Source: Strigamia acuminata (lineage: Eukaryota). Taken from it: 64,000 nucleotides of DNA. The DNA is taken from assembly GCA_949358305.1 (NCBI GenBank), contig OX442314.1:23746001-23810000 (forward strand), written 5' to 3'. Below, one piece after another: positions 12,729-25,151 of this stretch. How positions within the stretch are numbered: position 1 is the first letter of the stretch; each line of letters opens with the position of its first letter. The translations under genes and the position numbers were made by a program. The notes beneath the pieces were generated by a model that was given only the letters and a program-made list of their open reading frames with translations, did not search any database and was not told the origin of the DNA.

Positions 12729-13454
12729 CCTCCAACACCCCTTTCACTTCTTTCAGTCACCATTTATGACCATAAATGATAAATGGCAAATGATTACTAA
12801 AGATCAATAGGTTGGCCATTATATTTATCGAAGTGTGTCCTGCAGACTTAACCAGTGATAGCAATAACCTGCTGATTGAAAATCAAAATTGATTATCCAC
12901 GGCGTATAATTTATTACTTGTAATCCTAAAAATTATCACTCCAGGTGATGAACTTTGTTTTGTAAACAATCATCACTAGTTTTAAACTGTTAAATGTTGT
13001 TATTGTAACCATGACAACTACGATAAACAAGTCTGACAAAAGTGTGCCAGTTAGAAAAACAAGAGAAATATGAATGAAAATAGAATGAATTCCATTTTAC
13101 TTTACTCGTATGACCCTATAAGTGATTCTAAAATTGTAAATCCTGTTTTGAATTGTTGACATTTAAACTAGAGTATCAAATATTGATCGTTTTTATGACC
13201 TAGGTAGACGAATTCAGGCCAGTTCTTATTCCAGACAGCAATTGAAACTATTTGGACCAGATGTAATAAGCTCTTACCTGAACATTCATCTGACATACCG
13301 GTATGCCAAAGTGGCGAGCTACTTGAAAAGGATAAAATCATGTCTGTTGATCGACGGATCAGAGTATAGCGACGATTGCTATAACTTGTGCTTTGATCGA
13401 TTTTAGCCACGGCGCATGAGCTGCCAGACCCCGCCTTGTGCCACCGTGGGACCT

Positions 13455-13935
13455 GTTAACATGAACAATAATTTACAATTGTTATTTAAACTCACCAAAC
13501 TTTTGGAATAGAAATGGATTTATTAATTTATTTAACGAATCTTAAAAATTTAATTCACACACATGCAATAATGAATCTCTGGCTGTTGAAGAATTTGTTG
13601 CGGAATGGGACGGAAATGGGACGGAAATGGGACGTAATGGGACGGTAATGGGACGGAAATGGGACGGAAATGGGACGAAAATGGGACGGAAATGGGACGG
13701 AAATGGGACGGAAATGGGACGGAAATGGGACGGAACAGTATTATTGGGTTGCAGAGGGCCGCCTGGTCATTCTGTGTCATTTTGCTTCTCATTGTGAATG
13801 CTGGGACCGGTTAACATGAACAATAATTTACAATTGTTATTTAAAGTCACCAACCCTTTGGAATTGAAATGAATTTATTAATTTATTTAACGAATCTTAA
13901 AAATTTAATTCACACACATGCAATAATGAATCTCG
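13455..13935. repeat. Two tandem copies of the dispersed repeat flank seen at about 5182-5345, the first followed by a GGGACGGAAAT minisatellite (about 13604-13735)
   Basis: GTTAACATGAACAATAATTTACAATTGTTATTTAAA..CACACACATGCAATAATGAATCTC occurs at about 5205, 13456 and 13810. Confidence 0.85.
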
Positions 13936-14467
13936 ACGTTCGGCCGACGTTCACAAACGGCAGACGGGTGGCCGAACGCGGCGTAAGTGTGGGCCGAACA
14001 ACCCGGTATCGGTGCACCATAGTTGCGCAGTACCGGGTTTTCGCTATACCGGGTCGTTCGGCCCGTTCAGCCGTTCGGCCTTTTACTATGTGCCGAACCT
14101 GGCATTATAAATAATCTAACATTCTTCTTATAAAATTATTTGTAAAATACGATACACCAGTATAAATCGCAAAAATTTTTGTGGGGTTCTTTATAACGTA
14201 CACACATGCTTGCCTTGAAATTACTTGTATTAGCACTCCAAAAACTAATACAGTATGGTAGCACTAAGACTTCAACATTTCTCTCCTTCTGATCTTATGA
14301 ATAACAGGACATCTTTATCTTATCTTATCAAAAAAAGAGATCCCAACTTGTGTGCACCTAACAACGATTGTTCCGAACTGATTCAATTGTGTTCATCAGT
14401 GAGTACGAAATCGGCATTTTCTGCCACTTTTGTCTTGTAGGCATATTATACCTTAAATTCATTTGTA

Positions 14468-14842
14468 CAGGGTAGGCCAAAAGTCACCGAACTGGTCTAT
14501 TTTTAATTAATTTAATTTTAAATTTTTCTTTAACTATATTTTGTAAAGAAGATGCAGGAGATTAATCGTGGAAAAATTCACAACCGAACAGAGAACACAA
14601 ATTGTTAAATTTTACTAACAAAATCTGAGGATCAATAATTCTGACCCAAGACAGTAAAATTCCCAATTTGTGTTTGCTGTTTGGTCGTGAATTTTTCCAT
14701 GATTAATCCCCGAAATCTTCTTTCCAAAATATTTAAAGAAAAATTTAAAACAAAATTATTTTAAGAAAAGTTATTAAAACAAAATTATTTTAAGAAAAGT
14801 TATTAAAACTTCGGACCGGTTAATGACTTTTGGCCCACCCTA
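14468..14842. mobile_element. Tc1/mariner-type non-autonomous element
   Basis: TA-CAGGGTAGGCCAAAAGTCA ... TGACTTTTGGCCCACCCT inverted termini; one end of the same family occurs at about 11900-11972. Confidence 0.65.
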
Positions 14843-15061
14843 TCAGTAAAATTATTCTTTTTATATCTATTCTCAATACGAACAATTCATTAAATATTGT
14901 TAATTTCTTTTTTAACAATAAAACCGTGTATTTATCTTATCGCGCAAGTATTTTATTCCCCAGACAACTTAACCATTTTTATTCCAGATTTAAGAGAAGT
15001 TTGGCACTCTAATTTGAAATAACCCGGATCACAGCAGCTACTACGGAACCACTGCCACGAT

Positions 15062-15138
15062 TTCACGATGAAACTTAAGCAACACATCCTGCTCAGCTAG
15101 ACCACAAGATAAAAGATTCTATTTTTATGACTTTTCCT
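15062..15138 (+). promoter_or_regulatory. Conserved upstream block of astacin copies 3, 4 and 6 (also about 18633-18694 and 29560-29637)
   Basis: Shared TGAAACT..AG.AACACATCCTGCTCAGC.AGA..GATAA..TTTTTATGACTTTTC about 110-200 nt before each ATG. Confidence 0.5.
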
Positions 15139-15258
15139 TTGTGTTTGAGCTCTAACTGTATACTTACTCTATCGGAGTGTTAACAATTGTTAACTACATA
15201 TTTATATAAATCCCGTTATAGATCATCTAAAGTTCTCGCATACATTCACACAATCGCA

Positions 15259-17965
15259 ATGGGTCTTTTCTCCTATATCGTTATTCTTTTCGGTTTTATA
15301 CATCTAACTGAAGTAATTAGCTTATCAATATAATTTTTTTTAAAAAATTTCATTACATTTACATTTTGATATTTTTGAATTTAGGCAGAATCAGAATTAA
15401 AATTGCCTGTAAGTACCTGATTGATTAATTTACACAGAAAACTGAATGATTACAACAGACACATTATACATTTAATTTTAGATGTGGGCAATTTTGAAAA
15501 AAAATAGCAAGTATGATGCGGATGGTTTTAGAATCTGGGAAGATGATGTCGTCTTCCATGGAAAGAATGTAAGGAATGTTCTATCTGAAAGAACTGCACG
15601 TAAAGACCTAAAATCCAGATGGCCTCAAGGAAAAATTCCGTACAAGATAGATCCGTCGTGTAAGATTTAAAACACCAATTCATAATGGTATTTTAATGGT
15701 AATAAATTCAAACACATTGTGCCTTTTCGAAAAAGAAACTGATAGTAGGCAAATGAGTAAACTCAAGGTCTGCCATCCCTATTATAGAATGTCACTGCCA
15801 CATACTTCAATTTGTTACCATGGATCTCCATCATTTTAGCGATTTCATTTTAGCGATTTCATTTTAGCGACACACCATTTTAGCGAACATGTCATTTTAG
15901 CAACACAAAAACCTAGGTTTAATTCCTAAGAAGGGCTAACAAGAGGGGGCTGCGCCCCCCCTTGACCCCCCCGCGAACCTAACCTTACTGGTTTTTTGAT
16001 AAAAACCACTTTTTTGAGCCGGCTTGTCGCTAAAACCTAGGGTTTTGTGTCGCTAAAATGACATGTTCGCTAAAATGGGACTTTTTTAGTAAAAATCGCT
16101 AAAATGATCGTCGCTAAAATTACTATAACCGGTTACCATACTCATCAATTAACTGAAATTGAGAAGATTTTCTCACAATTAATTCATGTTTATTGTTTTA
16201 TAACGATTCCAGTAAATACAACAGAAAGTATAAGTGCAATTGACGAAGCCATGCATTTATGGATGGATAATACATGTGTTGTCTTTTTCCAATTACCAAC
16301 GGTACATGATCAACCACACTTGGTGTTAAAGCATACGGGGATGGGGTAAATTTTACTCCAATTTTACTCCAGAATTTATATTTATATTTATATTATTTCT
16401 TATTCAAGATGCAGTTCTTGGATTGGTATTCGTGATGAACAAGTTACTAATCAGACTGTATCACTTGATCACCCTGGCTGTTCAACGTCGGTAAGTACAT
16501 CCAATTTCTGTTTTACACGGTAGATTAGTTCCAGAAAAAACGTGTAAAAAAACGTTATCACGAACCGCGATATAATGAATTTTTTGTTATAACGAATACC
16601 TAAAAATGGCTTAGTTGATTGGTAGGCCATAGAAAAGCATATTAAAAAATTTGATATAACAAACTTTCGTTATAACACACCGATTTTTTCGGGACCCTTG
16701 CGATTTGTTTTAACGATGCTCAACTGTACACTGTTCTTGACTTCTTGTATTTGCAGGTACCAATTATAACCCATGAATTAGGCCATGCTATTGGATTATG
16801 GCATGAACAAGATCGGTTGGATCGCGAAACGTACTTGAAAATTTACTTGAACAACATGGGTGAAGGCAGTCAGTATTTAAACATTGCCAAAGAAGATGTA
16901 ATGAATTATGACGTACCATACGAATATTCATCAATTATGCAGTATGCACCAGATGTAAGTTTAATATAAACCAATCGACTTATATTTTACTATCAAAATT
17001 TGGTATGATCAATATTTTGGAATAGGCATATAGCAGTAATGGTAAACTTACTCTAGTTCCGAAAGACCCACTGGCATTTCCAGTAATGGGAAATGGCCAA
17101 AAGATTACACACCTCGATTATAAATTGGTCAATAGGATGTACAATTGCTCAGGTGAATATATTAATACATTTGTTCATGATATCATGAATATATATAAAT
17201 ATTTTTTCTTGGATTATCAGATAAATGCCAAGATCCCCTTACGTGTCAAAATGGTGGATATGCCACATGGAATAGTAAAAAGGGCTGTCGATGTGAATGC
17301 CCTCTTGGATTTAATGGTTCCAGCTGTGAAACCAAAGTACATGTTGGTAGGATTGGGCTCACATCATACTAATAATTCCTTCTCTGCATCTAGTAAATTA
17401 GAGCAAAAAATGTTTTTACAGAACCTCCTTGCGGCGGACATTTAACAACTTCAAAACGGTTTCAAAGTCCTAATTACCCCAATAATCATCCTGCAGACCT
17501 GCATTGTGCTTGGCTAATTGAGGTAATTTTTATTATGGATAAAAGTATAATAAATAACTGTCAATTAAAAAGAAAAATTACACAACATACATCTTACCAG
17601 TAACTTGAATACTTTATATGATATATTTACACCAGGCTCCTTTTGGTCAAGTCCCTATACTCTACTTCCACGATTTTAATCTCATGGAACGTGCAGGAAA
17701 TGAACATAAGTGTTACTGGAGCGCCATTCGCATAAGAAACGGAGATCCAATGAATGATGATCCTGGTGAAATGTACGAATTAATACCAAATTCAATAGAA
17801 ATGAAATTGTTATAGAACTAACATCGAACTATTTTTTAAATTAGACATTGTGCTGATGAACTTCACGAAAATGCAGTTGTAGGTAAAGCTAATCAGATGC
17901 TTCTTGTCCTCACCACAATGTTTAACAATGCAAGAGGTTTTGATGTATCAGTTACATTTGTGTAA
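15259..17965 (+). CDS. Astacin-EGF-CUB metalloprotease copy 3
   Basis: Signal exon, 24-nt microexon, WEDDVVF, HELGHAIGLWHEQDRLDR, SIMQY, EGF-like and CUB exons, stop at 17963-17965. Confidence 0.92.
15822..16131. mobile_element. MITE with CATTTTAGCGA subterminal repeats in intron 3 of astacin copy 3
   Basis: GTTACCAT direct repeat on both sides (15814-15821, 16132-16139); inverted arrays CATTTTAGCGA / TCGCTAAAATG; absent from the paralogous introns. Confidence 0.7.
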
Positions 17966-18812
17966 ACTTGCAATAAAATTTGGCCAATAAGCAACCCATC
18001 TCATATTTCTTTTAAACTCCCTTGATGACTTGATAAATGATGCTATATCTTGCTTTAAAAACAGCAAATAGTTGCATTTGGAAGACTAAATTACATTTAC
18101 TAAATCATCCATTGTTAATCTCGCCGCCAAAAAGTGCCGAATGAACCCAATGGTTTCTGTCCCACAACGTCTGAGGTAGATCGAAGTCTGGGGTGGATCG
18201 TAGTTCTACATCAAATTGGAGTAGAACTAGGACAATACTCTAAAGGGTAATGGACACCAGCGCCAGCAACAAAAATAAAGACCAATACCAACTTGAATTA
18301 TTGGGAATTTACAATTTCCATCAAGAGATGGCACTGAAACAATCTCCTTCGTATGTTAATACCAGTGACAACTGGTGGCAGCTGGCCACAAATCGAAATC
18401 GAAATAACAATAAAAACATAACCCGCTCGATCAACCCCTCCCTATGATTGGTTCTATATTGCGGCATAGTTAATACGGTGCCCCTCTGAATTTTTAATGC
18501 AATTGACATCAAAGCTGTACTAGTATTACAGAATGTCAAGAAACCACAAAGTTTAACTGCCCATTCATCCGTTATTTCAGATCATGACAATCATAAGTGT
18601 ATTCATTCACTAGTGTATTCACCATTTCAAGGTGAAACTGAAGAAACACATCCTGCTCAGCCAGATAATAGAGCTTCTGTTTTTATGACTTTTCAGCTTT
18701 GTATTTAACGGCAACTGTTGCTTACTCTATCGTAGTGTTAAAAATAACTAAATATTCATTTAAATTCCGTTACAGAAAAGTTGAACTTTCTGCAAACTTT
18801 CGTGTATTCACA

Positions 18813-21800
18813 ATGGGTCCTTTCTGCGCCATCGTTTTAATTTTCGGCTTTATATATGGATCTGAAGTAAGTAACTTACAATAAACTAAAAATATCATTA
18901 CATTGTTATTTTGATTTTTCTAAATTTAGTCACAAAAAAATAAAAAGAAGTTAAAATTGCCTGTTAGTACTTGATTAATTAATTTACACAGAAAATTGAA
19001 AGATTACAATAAGAATGTTATATATTATTTTAAGTTATGGGCAATTTTGGCAAAAAATAGTAAGTATGATAAGGATGGTTTTAGAATCTGGGAAGAAGAC
19101 GTCGTCTTCCATGGAAAGGATAAAAAGAATGTTGTATCTGGAAGAACTGCACGTCAAGACCTAAAATCCAGATGGCCTCAAGGAATAATTCCGTACAAGA
19201 TAGATTTGTCATGTAAGATTTAAAACACCAATTCATAATGGTATTTTAATGGTAATAAATTCAAACACATTTCGGCGCCACTCATTTTAAGTCACACAAG
19301 GTGGACGTTACGCCGCTATACGTGCCCAAATTGAGCCACTATAAAAGCACTGCATAACTAATTAGTGATCATTAATTTCGATTACTACACTGCGCAATGG
19401 CCAACGACAATGAAATTGTGATGAGTAAGACCATCAGGAACAAACCTAAGTCCATAGTCGAAAAGAAGAAACCTGAATGCATCTACTGGAGATATGAGAA
19501 GTAACAACAGTCTAAATCCAGAAGTTACTAAAGAGCTTTTTACACACAGCCATCCACCAGACTCCACCCGAGCGGATGTTGTTCAAGTGATGCATGCCCT
19601 GAAAAGCAGGGCTTTACACAACCTTGGATGGTTGTTTCTTCCACCTTGTGCAAAGCATCTACCACCATGTCAAGACTAAGTAGACCAAGGACAACGATTT
19701 CAATATGGCAGTTCGGCAGTTAGCAGCTCTGTTCGTTTTTGCTTCATAACAGAATAAAGTCAGCATACAGGCTGCTAAAGCCGCAGTTCGGCATTGGAGC
19801 CTGCGGCTTACTCAAGTGGTGGAAGGACAATTACATGTTTAAGAAATCCAGGCACAATGGTACACGGGCTGCACCTAAGTCTCCACCCAGCTTCAATGGC
19901 TTAGTGGCAGCTGCGTAAGTTGGTAAATACCATATGCTGGTCACATTGAGAAGGGAGCAAGCAGACACAGAAACGGCAATGGAATTGATTATTCGCCGAG
20001 GACCAAGGCCAAAGAAGAAGGAAAAGTTCTTATGTCGGAAAGCCTATCTCCAGGAAGTAATGGTAGACAGGATTAACATGCTGCTTTACACTTCCTGCGG
20101 TGCATTGCCACTGCCTACAAGAAATAATCAAATATTTTTCACAAACGATAATAACTGACGGCTTACAATAACAAACATAGAAAACATCCTCTAATGGTTT
20201 TCAGCATTTGGATTGCCATTTCGGATTCCAGTGTAGTGTGTTTTGCTACTGTTTTTAATGCATACTATAATTTGTGTGCTACTTATATACACCATTTGAT
20301 TTCAACGGTAACACGGCACGTCGTTAAGACATACCCTCGCTAAAACGACACGTCGCTAAAACTTTTCTGATTTTATGTGCTGTCTATTGCTGGGCGCACA
20401 CATACCGCGATTTCGCGTCGCGTCGCGATTTCACCAGCGAAATCGTGCTGTAAATCGCGCGCAATGCTACTCACATGTAGCTAGCATTTCAACTCTGCGA
20501 ATTCAATCTTATGACGTCATTCCACAGCATTCACACAGCAACCGAAAATGTTGATGAAATGACGTCATTTCAAACAGCTCACGGGATTGGCTGCAACATG
20601 AATCGCGGGCGAAATAGTACTTGGGACAAATACTATTTCGCAAAGTAGATTTTGAACTGGCGCGAAGGAAATGATGTGACCTGCGCATGCGCAATGGCAA
20701 CGCGATCGCGACGCGACGCGAAATCGCGGTATGTGTGCGCCCAGCATTAGACAATTCCTCTTCTTCCAATGTGACCCAGAAAAGCCTGCCTTAAAAAATC
20801 TTAATACAAGATTTGTTTAAAAGTGATTAATTTTTTTATAGACACCAACTAAATATCAGAATTATATACATTTATTTAATTTTAAATTTTTGAGTTTTTG
20901 AAAATTTAAGTGCCATGCCGACCTGGTGCCCGGTATTTTCCTCCTTTGCGGCCCCACCCTATACGATGTCACTGCCACTAATTTGAATTTGTTACCATGC
21001 ACATCAATTAACTGAAATTGAAAGTATTTTCTCACAATTAATTTCATGTTTATTGTTTTTATAATAATTTTAGTAAACAAAAAGGATAGTAAAGATGCAA
21101 TCAGTAAAGCTATGCAATTCTGGATGGATAACACATGTGTCGTATTTACCAATTCACCAAAAATAAGTGATAAACCACACGTGGTATTAAAGCATACAGG
21201 AACGGGGTAAATTTTAAAACAATTTTACTGTGTAATTTATATTTTTATTTATATTTTTTCTTAGGTGCAATTCTTGGGTTGGTGTTTACTCAGAAGAAAC
21301 TACCGTACACGAGTTATCACTTGATTACCCTGATTGCGCAACATCAGTAAGTAAAAATAATACCTATTAACTGAAGAAATAAACATATCCAAGATATTGA
21401 GCCAAAATATCACAATATTATCAAAGACCACATAACCATTTGCACGAAAAATTGTGAAAACTGCATTTCTTCATTTCGTCGCCCACCATTACTCCCTAGA
21501 AGGAGTTCTGATTAAAGAAAGTGGTAAGGTTAAGTTCGCGAGGGGTCAAGGGGGGGGGGGGCGCTAGCCCCCCATTGTTAGGCATTCTTAGGAATCCGAG
21601 AGGCGGACTCAGCCTAAAAACGGTGGCGACAAAATAAAGGGCGACGAAATGAAGTGACTTCGTTTGAAAGTTGTTAACAGATGTCCAAGTCTTTGATAAG
21701 AAGGCAAAGATAAGAAGCAACTGAGGATCCCTGAGAATGAGCCCAAGAAAGACCTGCTGCAATGCAAAAATCAGAAAATTCAATACTCTTATCCTAACTT

Positions 21801-23232
21801 CTTGTATTTGCAGGATATTGTCGCGGCCCATGAATTAGGCCATGCTATTGGATTATGGCATGAACACGATCGCGCGGACCGTGACACTCACTTGAAAGTT
21901 TACACGAAAAACATGGGTGAAAACAGTGTGTATTTCGAAATTGCCAAAGATGATGTCACGAATTATGGTATACCATACGAGTATTCATCTCTTATGCAAT
22001 ATTCACCAGATGTAAGTTATGTATAAACCAATCCAATTAACTTTCTTTTTATCAAATTTTGATTTATATTCATATTTTGAAATAGACTTTTTCAACTAAT
22101 GGCAAACTTGTTCTTGTTCCGAAAGATCCAATGGCATACCCCTTAATGGGAACTACAAGAAGATTGACACATTACGATTATAAAGTGGTCAATAAAATGT
22201 ACAATTGCACAGGTTTGCATTTTTATACATTTGAAAAATTTTCCTGAATGTATAAATATATAATTTCTTGGATTATCAGATAAATGTCAGAATCCACCTT
22301 CTTGTCAGAATGGTGGATACGCCACATGGAATAAAAAAAAGGGCTGTCGATGTGAATGCCCTCGTGGATTTAATGGTTCCAACTGCCAAACCAAAGTGCC
22401 TGTTGGTATGATTGGGCTCACATCATACTCATCAAGTCTTCACTGCATCTATATAAATTAGAGCAAAAATTGTTTTTCAGCACCTCGTTGCGGTGGAAAA
22501 ATTACAACTCCAATACGGTTTCAAAGTCCTAACTACCCCAAGAACCATCCCCCACAGATGCGATGTGCTTGGCTAATTGAGGTAATTTTTATGTTGATTA
22601 AAGCATTTAGTGAATGCTGTTAATTATGAAATTCTTTGTATCATTTTTCGGGAGGTCGTATAATATTAACTGTCAATTTTATAAATAAATTACACAACAT
22701 ATTGGTTTACATCTAGAAGTAACTTACGGTTTACACTGATGTGTAATTAATAGAGTGATTGTAATGACATTGATGACGGTCTTAAACTTTAAGAGCGCCA
22801 TTAATGTCATTAAAATCACTATTAATTATCAAAAAGAAGGTGCGCATTAAGATAGATGTTTTTATACAGTGTAAGATGTTATTCGTTTTACTACAGCTTC
22901 CTCCTGGCAGACTCCTTTCACTCTACTTCCATCATTTCAACCTCATGCAACGTGCAGGAGAAGCAAACGAATGTCTCTGGAGCTCTTTACGTATAAGAAA
23001 TGGAGATCTATTGAGTGATGATCCTGGCACAATGTGAGAATTAATACCAAATTCAATGAAAAAAAATTGTTATCGAACTAATACCATTAATTTTTATTTA
23101 CTATTTTGTAGACACTGCCATAATGAACTTCATCAAAAAACAGTTGCAGATAAAGGCAATAACACGCTTCTTATCCTCACCTCATCATATAACCACGCAA
23201 AAGGTCTTGATGTATCTGTTAAATTTGTGTAA
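18813..23232 (+). CDS. Astacin-EGF-CUB metalloprotease copy 4
   Basis: Signal exon, 33-nt microexon, WEEDVVF, HELGHAIGLWHEHDRADRD, SLMQY, EGF-like and CUB exons, stop at 23230-23232; introns enlarged by transposon relics. Confidence 0.9.
19400..20120 (+). mobile_element. Degenerate Mutator-like (MULE/FLYWCH) transposase remnant in intron 3 of astacin copy 4
   Basis: Broken frames give FLYWCH-like THSHPPD..LKSRA, the MULE motif GCFFHLVQSIYHHV and FNMAVRQLAAL, with stops and frameshifts. Confidence 0.65.
20388..20746. mobile_element. MITE with about 42-bp perfect terminal inverted repeats
   Basis: TGCTGGGCGCACACATACCGCGATTTCGCGTCGCGTCGCGAT and its exact reverse complement at the other end. 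Confidence 0.8.
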
Positions 23233-24156
23233 ACCAAGTGCATTGCACTGCAGGTAAGTGATCAGCGCGCATGGGCAGCTGGTTACATCTTAATGTATCA
23301 GTTAAATTTGAGTAAATTTAAAACGTGTGTAATGTATATGCTTGTATTATAAATTATACCATGTTCTAATAATGTTAAGAAATAAATGATGTTACTTATG
23401 GCTTGTCCAATTTAATGTACCTAAAATCAGTACTTTCAAGGTCATAGGAAAAGAAATGAAAAATTCCTGTAATCTAGTTGAAATAACCTTAAAAAAGGTT
23501 ATAGAATATTTTCTTCTGCATAACTTAAGCAATAATCAAGTAGTGGTTTTACCGTTTGAAAAAGAGAACAATTTTGTGCAATGCATGACATCGTTTTGTA
23601 AACACTGAGTTAAACACACACCACACACCACACGTACACGTTTTAAAATAGAAATTTTACTGTTTATGAAGGCTTTCTCAGGGGGAAGATATGTTATGTA
23701 CATGCTTATATTATATATTATACTGTGTTCTAACAATGTGAGGTTGCCAAGACTTTCTCCTCTGACAACCATCATCAATAAAAATCAACTAGTTAACATA
23801 CTAAACTCACTTAGTCACCTCGAACCTGAGTTCCAACCCAGCGGAAGTTTATTGAAAACGTAATACATAATAACATGAAGTAAGAATAAAGAAATTCAGA
23901 TTGAATTAAATTTGCTCAATTAGCGACCCACCTCACATTTTTTTAAAACTCCCATTACGGCTTATAAATGACGAGATATCTTGCTAAAAAACAGCAAATC
24001 TTTCTCTTGAAAATATTATATCACTGTATTCAAAAACAAAAAAAAACAAAGAAACAGCTTTTTCACTTATTCCTCATGCCAATATAAGGATTAAGGTTGG
24101 TAATTTCATATGCACTGGCATGCTGCTTAAAGTGTGGTAATAAAATATAATCATAT

Positions 24157-24740
24157 TGTGACTGATATGGTCTTCGCCAGTGCAATCACGGGACTGAAGA
24201 CACTGGTTTGGGACGCATACTCACGTAAATAACAGAAACTCCCCTAATATTGGTTGGTTGGCCTTTATTAATGTTGTCTAGGGGTATGGGGAATCTCGTT
24301 ACCCGTTGCGGGGGTGCCACGAAGGCACGCCGCACCGGCAACCGACCCGTCACACACTGGGTGTGAGCCCAATGGGTGACGTGGTCGGTTCGACTAAACA
24401 TTTGTGTCGTACTCACCTACGACCCGCGTATCCGCTGATGGAGGCTGCGTTATTGAATCTGCCATAGCACTGAGTATCAACGTGGTGAATGGTGAGGAGT
24501 ACAGAGTCCAACCCGGGACACGTTTTGTCCCTTTGATGAATACCTTCTCCTCCTCAGCAACTGTACACACGTCCTTCTCAGTCCGTGTCCAGTGCTACTC
24601 TCTACACTCCTCTCCTCACCACACCACTCCACTCCCTCCTCCCCCAGGCTAGGTCAATCACCCACAGAGGGGATGACCTTTGGGGCCGTATGGCGGTGTG
24701 TGGCAGTGCCGCAGGTCACCCAGGTGGCCAAGCGGTCACA
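24157..24740. mobile_element. Solo LTR, same family as 49150-49726
   Basis: TGTGAC...GTCACA termini with a 4-bp ATAT target-site duplication; internal similarity to the 49150 element (GCAACCGACCCGTCACAC, TCTCCTCACCACACCACTC). Confidence 0.8.
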
Positions 24741-24789
24741 ATATTTTGCATAGCACAATACAATATGATATTATATTTTGTAATATAAG

Positions 24790-24971
24790 ACAAGGGCAAT
24801 TCTGACGCACAGTAGCAAGTTTAATGAAGATGATTATCCAATTTTGGAAGAAGATATCACCTTCCATGGAAACAATAAACAGAACGTAATATCTGAAAGA
24901 AATGCACATAAAAAGCCGAGCTCAATTTAAAACAGCACCAAAAAGGATCCCTTACAAGATCGGCAGTACTT
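24790..24971 (+). pseudogene. Orphan degenerate exon 3 of a copy-2-type astacin gene
   Basis: Reads AILTHSSKFNEDDYPILEEDITFHGNNKQNVISERNA then frameshift and stop; closest to copy 2 exon 3; retains the GTAAGT donor; no other exons nearby. Confidence 0.8.
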
Positions 24972-25151
24972 GTAAGTATTAAAACAGTACCAATTTTATG
25001 GCAATAAACGTATCCTCGCCCATAAGATTCCAGTACCTACTACTAAGGCCGTTCCTGGAAAGTGAAATCAAAATTTAAAGTTTAACGAAATTAAAATTGA
25101 ATCAACTTCGACTGGCATTAATCACAACCTGAAGTTCCTGCACACTTCACA

